64,000 nt of DNA from Antedon mediterranea (taxonomy: Eukaryota; Animalia; Echinodermata): the NCBI RefSeq assembly GCF_964355755.1, contig NC_092671.1, positions 39,070,304 through 39,134,303 of the forward strand, written 5' to 3'. Positions 42,801-54,464 of the stretch are shown here, in pieces. A program made the position numbers and the translations under genes. Numbering within the stretch: position 1 is the stretch's first letter; each line of letters begins with the position of its first letter. The notes beneath the pieces were generated by a model. That model saw nothing but the letters and a program-made list of their open reading frames with translations. It was not told where the DNA came from and ran no database searches.

Positions 42801-45800
42801 CCAACGAGTTAATTATTTATATATAATTTTACAAAACAATAGATATACATTCGCATTAACAAAAAAGAACATTTTAAACAATAATTGTTAAACAATCAGA
42901 AAGCTTATTTGAGGTCGCGATTTGACATGACCCCGTTAACGCTTGATTAATTATACCCAGAGGCAGCGTGTAATTGGAATGGGATTGAAATAACCAGTAA
43001 AGTTGGTGGATTTTTCGTCCAGATGGTTTTCTAATTTTTTATAGCCAGAGGCGCAAGTTAATTGCCACACGCGACCTCACAGTTGGAAGTACACGGTAGT
43101 TTCAGTCCCGTCCGAACGGGCCCTATGTATGTTGTAACATGAAACCAAAGTCATACATTTAGTACCCTAATGGCTACTGGATATAAAACTGTTGAGGAAC
43201 CTATTTGTACTTACTTATAATCCGATGATGTGATCAACTCTATATGGTCCTCTGTTCCTGTTTCAACTACCACATGCGTAACGTTTTCTGTAAAGTGACT
43301 GAATCGTGTACCGCCACCAGTGTTAATTATCTTGCGAACCTTCTCCAACCGACTTCCAGTGAATCCACTAAGGTATATCTATTGACGGAGTAATGATATC
43401 AAATATACCAACTAAAAAACCCACTTAAAAACTAAATGATACCTTTAAACTTGAAGCAAATTTACAAGAGCCACTCAGAATAATCAGATAGGACTGTCTG
43501 GGATAATATTTGTTTTAAAATTGTGATTAAGCTCTGTCTACACTATCAAACTAGTTTGACAAAAAAGTGTGATGTGCCCAAAGTGGTAGTGATATGCTTA
43601 AATAATTTTCAAATTCACTATCATGAAAATATACAACAACAATATATGAGAACATAAAAAAGATGAAAAGGAAACACATAAAAACTCAAAAGAGCTTGAT
43701 TAGTTGTGTCCCCCTATGTCCCTAACTAGCCTAAAAAACTAAAACATAAATAATAAAAAAGCTAAATCCTGCAACAAGTATAATTTTTAAAATTATTTGT
43801 AAAATGATAATAAATGTTCTTTAAACAATGATTTAAATGTAAAATGATAATAAATGTTCTTTAAACAATGATTTAAATTATGGTAGTGATATAACATCAT
43901 CATGTCCATATATGGGCACATCACATTTCTTTGTCACATAAAGTTTCATAGTGTAGACAGAGCTTTAGAAACAAATTGCATCAAAATCCCTTTTGCGCAT
44001 GTTGTGACAATTGGATGTGCTTCCTTATTCAATTTCTTCAACGCAGGTTTGGCAGATTCTAGATTTTGCATATTACTATCATATTTAGGCACATCACACT
44101 TTTTTGTGTCAAACTTAAAAGTATAAATAAAGCTTCAGACCTGCCATGGTTAATAACGCAAAAGAAAAAGAAAGAAGAAAATCAAAAAAACAAAACAAAC
44201 TTTGCAAGAATCCAGAAATTCTTCATCTGGTGGTTTGTAAAGATCCAGGCTGTTCAAGGGATCTTGAACTTTGACCTCATTAAAGGCTGTAGTTACGTTC
44301 ATAGTTGAGTTGACAGTTTCATCTACTTTAGATACATCTACATAAGATATTGAACTGACATCTGCTACACCTGCAATAAACAAGTTACATTTTGTTTCAA
44401 CAATGATAAAATAATAAATAAATAAAGAGGAAACACATGCTGCGGGTTACTCCAGATGAGAAAGCCAAATAATGACAGCCGTAAGAATGTTAAAAGATAG
44501 TGTTCAATTCAGTGATCTTTTTGTAATACGTGTCTAGCTATGCATTGCATTTTTTAATCTGTCAAGAGTGGAATTTTAATGTTGGATAAATCACAAAATT
44601 TAAGCTCTATTACCATTATTAATTTGCAAAGTAAATGATAAAATCTGAATTGCATAATGAGTCTGCTAGATATGTCACCTAGGGAAAGATCACTGATCAG
44701 CTACAAAATGATGGAATTGGTTTGTTATGCAGAGGCCAGAAAATGTGCAATACTTAGTGGAAACATACAAGCATAGCACACATTCTGACTGCTACATAAA
44801 CAAACAAACAAACAATCATGCTGACTCTTGAAAATATTGTTATCCATGAGTGAAGGAGAAATTAAAATGCAAGAAATTTGAGTCAGGTCCTCCACAAGAT
44901 CACAGCAGATATGCAGCACCTACCATGATCAGACCTACCATTTGAGAACTGGGATTAATGTACACCAGATTAAGCATCCCATTCAAAAGATGAGGAAATG
45001 AGACTAAAACATCAAGGACATCCAAGACACAGCCATGACTTTTCAGATGCAATTCAAGTCTCTTTCTACCGAAACACGAAACTTCTGCAGGTCCATACCT
45101 TTGTCTAAACATTTTTTACATACTGTTCTAGTTATAGTTGTCTAGAGGATTTAGGGGCGTAGCAGATGAGATACAGTTTCCTTTCATATAGGGTATTAGT
45201 AGTTGTAATCGTCATGATACGATAAACAGGAATGTTTCATATGCAATTCAAAGTTCTTTCTACCGTTGTGCAACTTCTGCACTTCCATACCTTTACATTT
45301 TTCACACACTGTACATAAACATTATATCTAGTGAAAACATTTTCCTCTGGTTTTGATTAGTATATTGATATGTAGCAAAGAACTTATAACACAAGAATCT
45401 CCTGTTCGTCCGAAGCGCGTAACAATTTCGAAAGGCATTGTGGGATAGAATAGAGTTATGGGTGGCGCCATTGTGAGCCATGGAGTAGGGCGCCCGCATC
45501 AAATTAGAAAGTCAAAATCATAGAGGGGATCTGCTAATGCTCTAGGGGGGATAGAGTAATTGACTGAGGAGTAGGGCGCCCGCATCAAATTAGAAAGTCA
45601 AAATCATAGAGGGGATCTGCTAATACTCTAGTTGGGGTAGAGTAATTGACTTCCTAGTTTGGAGGGGGCGCTGCTCCATGCTGTGAAATGGCGTCGCCCA
45701 GTTTGACCTTTTAACCCTGTACTTCCGATACTGTGTTTTGAATGCAAATTGAAGAACAGGAGATTCTTGTGTTATAAGTTCTTTGATATGTAGTCCATTG

Positions 45801-48800
45801 ATTGTAAACCAGTATAACATTATATATATTTAAAAATTTATTTTGGTGTTTTCATTTCTTGTTAGTTTTATATATTATAAATTAAAGTGATGTCACTTAC
45901 TGCTAAGTCTTTTGGTTGTAGTGCCATTAGGGGTCGATGTCCTTTCATCTTGATTGGATTCAACTTCAACAATGTAAAGATTTTCATCCTGGCATGCTCC
46001 CATTTCTACACTATCTTTAAACCACTTAAAATAAAAAAAAAAGATAGTTATTTTAATAAGTATCAGTTAATATATTATAAAAATATAAAAAATACATAAA
46101 AGATAATTTCTAATATTTTAAGCAGTAGCTCTATTCGACTAATAATATTTAGAAAGAGAGTGGCTTAGGCCCAGAGAGTGGCTTAGGCCCAGAGAATGGC
46201 GTAGGCCTAGAGAGTGAGGCCTAGAGAGTGACTTAAGGCCTAGACAATGGCTTAGGCCCAGAGAATGGCTTAGGCATAGAGAGTGACTTAAGGCATAGAG
46301 TCACTTAGGTCTAGAGAGTCACTTAAGGCCTAGAGAGTGGCTTAAGGCCTAGAGAGTCACTTAATGCCTAGAGAGTCACTTAATGCCTAGAGAGTCACTT
46401 AATGCCTAGAGAGTCGCTTAATGCCTAGAGAGTGGCTTAATGCCTAGAGAGTGGCTTAATGCCTAGAGAGTGGGGTAATGCCTAGAGAGTCACTTAATGC
46501 CTAGAGAGTGGCTTAAGCATAGAGAGTCACTTAATGCCTAGAGAGTGGCTTAAGCATAGAGAGTCACTTAATGCCTAGAGAGTGACTTAAGGCCTTGAGA
46601 GTCACTTAAGGCCTAAGGAGTCACTTTATGCCTAGAGAGTGACTTAATGCCTAGAGAATGACTTAATGCCTAGAGAGTGACTTAAGGCTTAGAGAGTCAC
46701 TTAATGCCTAGAGAGTGACTTAATGCCTAGAGTGGCTTAATGCCTAGAGAGTCACTTAATGCCTAGAGAGTCACTTAAGGCCTAGAGAGTGACTTAAGGC
46801 CTAGAGAGTGGCTTAAGCCTAGAAATAGAAAGACTCATACAAATACTATAGAATGCAATTCATAAAATAATTTGTTTTCTTTCATACATCAGTACCTTTA
46901 ATGATATACAATGTATTTTCCATCGTTGAGCAAAATCATATTTTTGTCCTTGAAAACAAATATAAAATTATATTCAATTAAGTTTATACAAACACCAAAA
47001 CAAGAACAGTATCAACAAGAAAGGCACAAGTGCTGAAATCTTTCTATTCAATGAATTTTCCAGAAAACTTTTGTTCACAAGATTATAGTTCTGTTGATAG
47101 CATGATAGTTACATGATCTACTATCTACCCTAGGTTTCAAATCTAATCCAACCGGTCATAATATTAATATACAAACCTTTTGGTGTATTGACTATAAGAT
47201 GAGTACATTCATTGAATTTAAGTTCACCCATGTATCGTCCCCCTGAAAATAAAAAATCGAAAATAAATTGGTACATCATAAACATTAACATGTTATGACC
47301 ATAAATAAATGTCAATTCAAATTTGTTTAACTTTTTTCTGAATTTCACACATTCCCTGTTATATATATTATGATCAGGTGCAGATTTTGACCTTTGCATT
47401 GTTTGCATGTTAAATTATAAATACTCCCAAAGGAAGGATTCTAACCATACTATCGTGACCCCTGGAATAAATTAAGCAATCTTCTTCAGTGCGATCCTAG
47501 TCAAGCTAAGAAGCGAACCCAGTCAAGGAAGCCCTTCAACAGTCGGACCCAGCATATATTTAGATGCTAGAGAAGACTGCCTCTTGGATTCGACTGGCAT
47601 CAGTGGGAGGAACAAAACTGTACTCTAGTGTACACTCGTTATATATTATTTTAAATATTCTCACCATTTTTCTCAGTTAATCTTTTTACATCTTTCCTGT
47701 CTGCCGATTCTAGCCCTGTAACACATATGACACAGCCTTTGAACACTGGACACTTGTAACAGTCAAACATTGGGTCTGATGCCTCTACATGGCTACAAAT
47801 AAAGTTAAATACATCATTTTTACCATTGTACTGTGTCTATGGCCAATTTTATTGTACGATTCAATTCAATTTATTTTGGATAATACAAACAATAAGACAT
47901 ACATCACACATGCTAGACCCAGAAGACTCCAACAGCAAACTCAATCGTTTCCGATGGGACGTCAGCCAACGTTATAAATGTTTTTATTATTATGGTAGAA
48001 TGCCTTAACTATTAATATAATATAGTTTGTTTTGTTTTAGATTAAATAAATGCAAATAAATAAATAAATGCTTACCGTTGCTGGCAAGCTTCATATACGG
48101 CATTCACCCATTCTGGCAACACTATTGCTTTATTAAGGCTTGCTGCAACCTGTGAATAAAATTATAAAACGAAAATAAATTACTTTTTGTTTGTTTCAAT
48201 CACAAGGTGATTTTTTTTAACTGGAGTTACATTTTTGTAAACTTGTTGTTTTAAAGGAGTCACACCTGCCAAAGTAGTAGAAATTACATTAGGTAGAAAA
48301 ACAGTAATATTAGAAAACAAAAACTGGAAGTAAAAATACACAAACAGAAGTGGAATTGCAGTTTTAATTTTTTTAATCTTTTCTAGTCTTTTTACAGTAG
48401 AATTAAAGTAAAATTATTGTTAGTGATAAACAAAATTAATAAAATAGAAATTTAAAACCTGGAGTTTAACTTTGAACTTAGTGAAACAATGGGTAGAGTC
48501 ATAAACAGTCTAGTTGAAAACAATTAGATATAATTACATGGTATTTCTTGGAGCCTACTTCGCCAACCACCAGATGCGTAACTAACTCATTAAAAGTCTT
48601 GGTCACATGACCTCCCATCCACTGAACCTTTGTGTGAATCTGTTCCTGTAGACAATAACAATGTAGGCATTAGAACAAAATATATTTATCTATTACATCT
48701 TTCGAGACGAGCAGGGGGTTACCCCGGTTTACTAGTATACACACACAGCTACTGTCACACACAGACACTTATCATGCATACGCTGTTTAGGGTCACCCTC

Positions 48801-50489
48801 TATAAATAAGGTGAAATAAAAAAATTTAAAAAAAAAGCTTCAGCCAATATCAGGGGTGAGGTGGTATTTTTTTTCTCTTTTAAAGTACTATATTATAATG
48901 CGGCCATTGAAATGGATATTTTCTAAAATTTTGAATTAAGTAGACACAGACTCTTTCACACATAAAGAAATGAATAACTGCATATACATTTTCAACTTCA
49001 AGAAAACCATTCAATGCAATAAAGTCGTGAGGTAATTTCCCGATTGATCGTAATCAAAACGGTACTGGGTATGGTCTACTAGTTTTTCTGCTCCCAACCA
49101 GTACATCCATTCATAGAAGCTTTAATGAAGTAAGCCTACCTGGTGGTGGCCATAGAACGGAATATATGCTCGAAAAAAAAGAAGCTTCAATACAAAATAT
49201 CATTAAAATGACAAGCGCAACAAGATTACAATTTAGCTTATTTAGAATACAGTAAACTTATAATATTTAATAACCTATATCACAGCAATGCTTACCCTGG
49301 CTTTCCTTTCAATGTTTGAACAGCACACTTGTATATCTTTCATTGCCATGGAGTATATCGGATGTTTTGTTTTTGGAATCGGAATCTTGAGTGACAAACA
49401 ACTGAGAACACATTGTGGTCCTATGATTCTAACAAAACAAAACAAAAACTTTTTAAAAAAAACCAATAAATTCTGCTCCTACTGGAATGTAATTTTATGA
49501 TTAGTAATAATAAATGATTAAAAACATCAGCTCACATTGTTGTAGTAATCAGCGCAGTTGTGTTTGACCCTGCCAGGTACCCATTTGTCTACTGGCTGGA
49601 GAGAGGCAAACAAAAGTAAAGTGTCTTTTCCAAGGATGTTCAACATACTGTATTACAAAACGTTGGACTATTGACTGCGAGTTCTTGGGTTCGAATCCAA
49701 CGCTGGTCACATTGCTTGTATCCGTAGGCAAGACACTTATTTGCCCTCGTCCCACCCAGGTGTACAATGGGTACCTGGTAAGGTCAAGACACAACTCTGC
49801 GCTGATTATTAGCTGCATTATGGGAGTATGTTATTATTTTGATTAAAAAATGATTGGGGTAATAATAGGCACTTTAAATCCAGGATATTAATAAGACTAC
49901 ATGATGATGAATATTGTACCTGCAGCCAAGGGACTGGATATGTTCAAAAGCAGCACCTTCAAAAGGATCACAGATGTACATACAGTTGTCTTTTTCAGCA
50001 AGCTGAGTGGCTTTGTCTTCAGTAATCCACTCAATTGAAAGTTTGGCACCTTCAACTTCCTGAAAATAAAAATATATGATGGTACATAGATTAGTAAAGT
50101 ATACACAAATTTATGTGAACAGCAAAAATGTTGGCAAAACAAAAAATGTTAATTTTGAAAAGGTTTTATCAAGGCAACAATCCAGCAGAATGCTGAGCTC
50201 CGGAGATCAATTCCACACCCCTTAAAAGACACTGCACGCTGCTGAGAATGTAGTACGGATGGTATTTATCGCAGCCAGACATAAAATCAAAGGACTGTTA
50301 CAAGTTCCTATCTTGGCAAGGTGAGCTCAGTGTTCTGTTGTTAGATTGCCTTGGTTGTACATGAAACATTCTGCTAAAGAGTAAATGAAATTAATAATTG
50401 GTAGGCTACATGGTGACAAATATTCTTACCTTTGAGGCTTGCATAAGGTTGTCAGAAACCTTGTTCAATTTGACACATCGAATACTCAT
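27850..50489 (-). CDS. TOPBP1: DNA topoisomerase II-binding protein 1 (multi-BRCT checkpoint/replication protein), ~31 coding exons
   Basis: ATG at 50489. Exons encode [96 protein letters not shown], the ATR-activation motif SQNIQITWDDPTGRE (~31370-31430), [34 protein letters not shown] and GFKRLLETGGAK. Stop TAA at 27850-27852. Confidence 0.96.
28590..28850 (-). mobile_element. LINE 3'-end fragment (same family as 16300-16650)
   Basis: Reverse-complement match including gtcaaccaacagcgatgaaaccgccactaacaggttgaa, partly duplicated at ~28795. Confidence 0.75.
29588..29713. mobile_element. PIF/Harbinger-type MITE copy, TAA target duplication
   Basis: taa|agctctgtctacactatcaaact ... tagtgtagacagagct|taa. 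Confidence 0.85.
31044..31202. mobile_element. PIF/Harbinger-type MITE, full length, TTA target duplication
   Basis: tta|agctctgtctacactatcaaact ... agtttgatagtgtagacagagct|tta. Further full or partial copies near 14800-15095, 19500, 21720-21810, 21937-22068, 27971-28070, 30645-30750, 43530-43600, 43880-43965 and 44060-44135. Confidence 0.92.
32138..32750. repeat. 17-bp minisatellite with higher-order duplication
   Basis: Unit ttgtcaagttacattgt/ttt; a ~135-bp block is repeated. Confidence 0.95.
38095..38345 (+). mobile_element. tRNA-derived CORE-like SINE with LINE-type tail
   Basis: gtggcgcagt..ggttcaaatcc, then ggcaagaca..tttgcctctcttcacccaggtgtataaa and a tail cagcgcattgag..gcgctatataag. 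Sister copy at ~49660-49880. Confidence 0.65.
38916..39566. repeat. 21-bp satellite, 31 copies, expanded inside a Harbinger-type MITE
   Basis: Unit (g/a)tgcccaaatatggtagtgat, continuing directly into the MITE body and right TIR (to 39640). Confidence 0.97.
40286..40434. mobile_element. PIF/Harbinger-type MITE copy, TTA target duplication
   Basis: tta|agctctgtctacactatcaaa ... tagtatagacagagct|tta. Confidence 0.88.
42084..43122. mobile_element. Probable non-autonomous DNA transposon with internal 83-bp tandem repeat
   Basis: Imperfect termini gttcgtacggcgattgaaa / tttcagtcccgtccgaac. About 3.5 copies of ccacgtgtatttatcgtgcgagccgaactattg... at 42369-42690. Confidence 0.6.
45376..45785. mobile_element. 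P-element-like MITE, 8-bp target duplication
   Basis: atatgtag|caaagaacttataacacaagaatctcctgttc ... gaacaggagattcttgtgttataagttctttg|atatgtag, with an internal ~85-bp duplication. Confidence 0.88.
46155..46825. repeat. ~20-bp minisatellite
   Basis: Unit cctagagagt(ca/gg/ga)cttaa(t/g)g, more than 30 copies. Confidence 0.95.
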
Positions 50490-52049
50490 TTCGATTTTAA
50501 CAATTCAGCATCATTAAATTTACCTACAATTTATAAAAAAAAAGATTCTTATTAAAACAATGCAATCTATGTAGGATTTATTTACTTTTATCACAGAATT
50601 AAATTCTGTAGGACTTGAATGAATTTGATTGGCTTGTATATTCACCTTAAAGCAATGTATTCATAATCATGGCATTAAAATCGAAAGTAGACTAGGGGAT
50701 TCATTTCATTTAATTTATTTTTCACACATTGTACAAAATAGAACAGATATTTATACTTTAGAAATAAAAAAAAAGATACAAAGAGGAAAATGTGTGAAAG
50801 GTGATAATAAGTAATAATTACTTTAAGCATCTGCTTATAGATATCAATTTTAAGGAACAGACAATCAGGTTTGTTTGTTTGTTTTATCTTTATACTGGGT
50901 AACCTCTTCAGTCAAAGACTGATCTCCCAGAGGGCCCAGTTGGTGATCAGTGGCTGTGATATACTAATACACCGGGGTAACCCCCTACTCGTCTCGAAAG
51001 ATGTACTAGGTTCTTTAAAGTGCACACGAGCTAGATGTGTATACTGGACCTACAGTTTATAGTCCTTATCCGAGAAGACTCGTTCTATCACCAGAACCAT
51101 GGAGTGAGTGAGCCTCGAACCCCTCCCTGCCGATGTTATGGCTACGTGATTACGGTTCCACTGGACCATGAATGATTGGGCCTGGTTGTCTTACACTTTT
51201 TTACTATTATTTTATTAGTATTAGTTTGGGACCGATCATCATTTCTTTATGTTAGGACCGATTGTATGAAATACCAGTTGTCAGACAATCACACTCTAGA
51301 AAATAATCAAAACTATGATATAAATGAGTAATCTTGTACTTGAAGGGTTCAATCAAGACACTTCTAATGCGAACCCCGACATGATTCACTTGGTTTCAAT
51401 GTGATTGTGTGTGGTTCATTAATTGGGAATTGCTTGGAGTAATTCCGTCAGATCCACAAGTGACAAGATAGGACAAAAAATCCATAAAATTATAAAGTAT
51501 GATGAACTAGGCCTAAATAAAAAGGTTTTGTAATGAGTGTAAAGCCTAGGCTACCTACCTACTGTTAGCATGGAGGTATTATACCTCCATGCTATTAGTA
51601 TTACTATTATTACTAGGCTAGGCCATATAGGCCTAGCTAGGCCTATTCCTAGGCTAGCTAGCTAGCCACGAATCCGGTTTAATTCTACTCTCATACCCCT
51701 TACGGTTACGCTAGGCCTACTGCCAGTGAGAAAGAATTGGGCCTATGCACCTCCTTCTCCGGTATTCCCTTTTCTCCTCTACCAACAAAGGCTAGGCTAG
51801 TAGTAGTAGCCTAGCCTAGCTATGTATATGTAGGCCTACACTCTACACCACTACTGCCTACTAGCTAGTAGGCATAGCCTATAGTATAGGGCCTAGGCCT
51901 AGTAGGCCTCTAGATAGAATAGTAGCATATACTCTAATAAAGGTAGAGTACGATATTAAAAACAATGTCAAACATATATAAATATAAGGAATGGTTTTAA
52001 AAACCGATTAATTTAAACAAGAAGACGGTCAAACCTTTCTCATACTCAC

Positions 52050-52130
52050 TAGCTGTTGACCTGCCAAGCTAGACAACTCTTTTTACCGCCAACAAGTTTT
52101 TATTTTTAAATAGTTTGCGCCCTCTATATA
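52050..52130 (-). promoter_or_regulatory. Putative TOPBP1 non-coding first exon / promoter
   Basis: Minus-strand donor GTGAGT at 52044-52049 and an acceptor before the first coding exon at 50524-50525. E2F-like tttaccgcca (~52082) and tttgcgcc (~52114). A TAGGCCTA-rich stretch follows in the intron, as near the 5' ends of the other genes here. Confidence 0.5.
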
Positions 52131-52164
52131 TTAAAAACTTTGTAATGTTGTGTGGGCATAATAA

Positions 52165-52788
52165 TGTGATATAAAGATATACTTTTATATTTAAGAAATT
52201 GACCTTTGTATCGGAATTTAAATAGGTTCACAAACTTGACCCAGAAAGTCCAAAGGAGAGTTTGTCCAGATGTTTTAATGACCATTTAGTTTATAATAGA
52301 ATCCCTAAAGAAAACACTTAGCTTAATTTTGTGACTTTCCCATCGTTAAACCAGGAGTGATCGACACTATTTAAGTACAGATTTGACAGTGTCATCCATC
52401 ACAGAAATACCTTATTATACCGTTAATCACTCCCACTTAAACACCCCTGGATCAACTTAGGACCAATCGTTACCCTCTAATATTACGTAGTGACATTATG
52501 CAAATGAACTGAGCCAATATACTCCCAAGTTTCAGAAGGGCCCAGACACACCTTACAGCCACCTCACGGAGCACACACCTTACAGCCACCTCACGGAGCA
52601 CACACCTCACAGCAGACCTACACACTTCACACCTCACCGACAGCATCATTGAATGTCCGTTCCTTATCTATACTTATAGTTGTATATTGTACTGAAGTAT
52701 TATACTGAATAAATAATATATGTGTTACGACAGTCAAGCGAGTCAGAGTCTTTCATTAGTACCTCAACAACCGCAACAATATATTACA
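52165..52788 (+). repeat. 5' LTR (624 bp)
   Basis: Direct repeat of 61398-62020. Contains CCAAT boxes, an octamer ATGCAAAT (52498-52505), 27-bp tandem repeats (~52546-52613) and AATAAA (52708-52713). Confidence 0.98.
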
Positions 52789-52808
52789 TGGTGGAAGACC
52801 CAAATTTC
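52789..52808 (+). promoter_or_regulatory. Primer-binding site (atypical; cognate tRNA not identified)
   Basis: tggtggaagacccaaatttc immediately after the LTR CA. TGG complements tRNA CCA and TGGTGGA fits tRNA-Ala 3' ends, but I cannot extend the match. Confidence 0.7.
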
Positions 52809-52921
52809 ATAAGGAACGGAGTGAGAAAACAAGAAATAAACACTTAACAAGACACGAAGACGAAGACAAAGACAAAAATAACCACATTTGTTTGAAAGGA
52901 GAGAAATTTACTTTGACTCAA

Positions 52922-53128
52922 AAGACAAGCTGAAATTATATTTGAATGAGATCGAGACAAGCAGAAATTTTATTAAATTATTACCATTGGATGAAGACAA
53001 AGAAGATAATCGAGGAAGACACAAAAGACAAGCTGAAATTATATATTTGAATGAAATCGAGACAAGCAGAAATTTTATGAAATTATAACCATTGGATAAA
53101 GACAAAGAAGATAATCGAGGAAGACCCA
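52922..53128 (+). repeat. ~103-bp tandem duplication in the retrotransposon leader
   Basis: aagacaagctgaaattat...gataatcgaggaagac, twice. Confidence 0.9.
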
Positions 53129-53458
53129 AGAAGAATCAAAACAGAAGCAAGCGGACAAGAACTGTTTCGTTTAGAGACTTTCAACTTCACGCCGTTTTTT
53201 TTTCGATCGTTTTTTTAACATTTACTTTTTTGAACATTGATGAACACCTTTCGCATTTTTTTTTGAATTCGTTGTTTGAACATTTAAACATTTTTGAACA
53301 CTTTTGCATTCCTTTAATTCATTTTTAATTGGATCCGAAGCATTTGGGGTAAGTCAAAGCCATTTTGATTTTTGATTTGTAACCTTGATTGAAAAGTGAG
53401 AGTTTACATATACACTAAATTGTTTTTGATATTTGATTAATAATTAATATTATAAAGT

Positions 53459-54430
53459 ATGGTCGACATTGTTGATAACGAAGTAATTTTAAATGAGCCC
53501 GTCAATCCTCACCCCGTGCCCCACCTAAGACAAACCGATTTCCTTCCCAAAAGATATGACGGTTCCATAACCGATCACGACCAATGTAGTGCACACTACT
53601 TATCGTTTACCGACTACCTTGAGGCCCACACGTTAGAAAACCCTGTAAACAATGCCCAATTAATTAATGTAATAAGTATTTTTAAACGTAGCCTTCAGGG
53701 CCAAGCTAGACTCTGGATTGAGGGAAAGCAGTTCGATTCACTAGAATCCTTAAAAACCCAATTCATCAACAGGTTTAGTAAAAACAAATCAATCTATGCG
53801 CACATAAGAGAATACGATTCAATTACATACACCACTGGCGACAACGCCGAAAAGCATTTAACCAAAATCAAACAAGCCGCAGACAGAATTGGATACGCTG
53901 ACCAGCAGATAAAGAATAAATTTATTTCGACCCTTCCACCAAAATGTAGAGCAGCTGTAGCCATGTCCACCCCAATCGATGCCACTATTGAAAATATTGT
54001 AAATAGCACACAAAATTACCTTGACCTTTCCGTAGATGATGCCACACGGGAAGTTTCATTCAATATCAATAAGGAAACAGATAGGCCTAGGCCTAATAGT
54101 CTCGAATCGCTCCAACATGAGATAAATTCTCTCAAGTTAGACATGGCCACAACAAAACGATCCCTTAATGATGATACTCGACGCTCACGTTCCCCCACCC
54201 GAAATTATATCCCAAGACGAAACCGAAGCCCAAGCCCATACAAACCCCAATTCCAGACCCCACCGACCCCAAGATATAGACAACCTCCCCCAACCTGTTA
54301 TTACTGCGGGAAACCAGGCCACATAGCAAGGCACTGCCGACAACAAAACCGCTCTTACGGAAACTATCCCCCGCCATACCCATACCAACAGTCAAACAAT
54401 TACTACCCTAGCCACCAGCAGGATTTTTAA
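53459..54430 (+). CDS. gag: Gag polyprotein
   Basis: 323 aa. Capsid-like FKRSLQGQARLW..LKTQFINRF and zinc knuckle CYYCGKPGHIARHC. Confidence 0.95.
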   Translation: MVDIVDNEVILNEPVNPHPVPHLRQTDFLPKRYDGSITDHDQCSAHYLSFTDYLEAHTLENPVNNAQLINVISIFKRSLQGQARLWIEGKQFDSLESLKTQFINRFSKNKSIYAHIREYDSITYTTGDNAEKHLTKIKQAADRIGYADQQIKNKFISTLPPKCRAAVAMSTPIDATIENIVNSTQNYLDLSVDDATREVSFNINKETDRPRPNSLESLQHEINSLKLDMATTKRSLNDDTRRSRSPTRNYIPRRNRSPSPYKPQFQTPPTPRYRQPPPTCYYCGKPGHIARHCRQQNRSYGNYPPPYPYQQSNNYYPSHQQDF

Positions 54431-54464
54431 AAAGGGGACTAGATGCCGCCTATAATCTGGCCCC
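54421..54464 (+). promoter_or_regulatory. -1 programmed ribosomal frameshift signal
   Basis: G_GAT_TTT heptamer directly before the gag stop. The pol frame is -1 and open from 54412. A 6-nt spacer precedes the stem gggg-a-ctagat / atctgg-cccc. Confidence 0.8.

Noticed and set aside
52158-52164. 7-bp target-site duplication ATAATAA
   Set aside because: The site is an (ATA)n run, so a 4-bp ATAA duplication, typical for Gypsy elements, explains it equally well.
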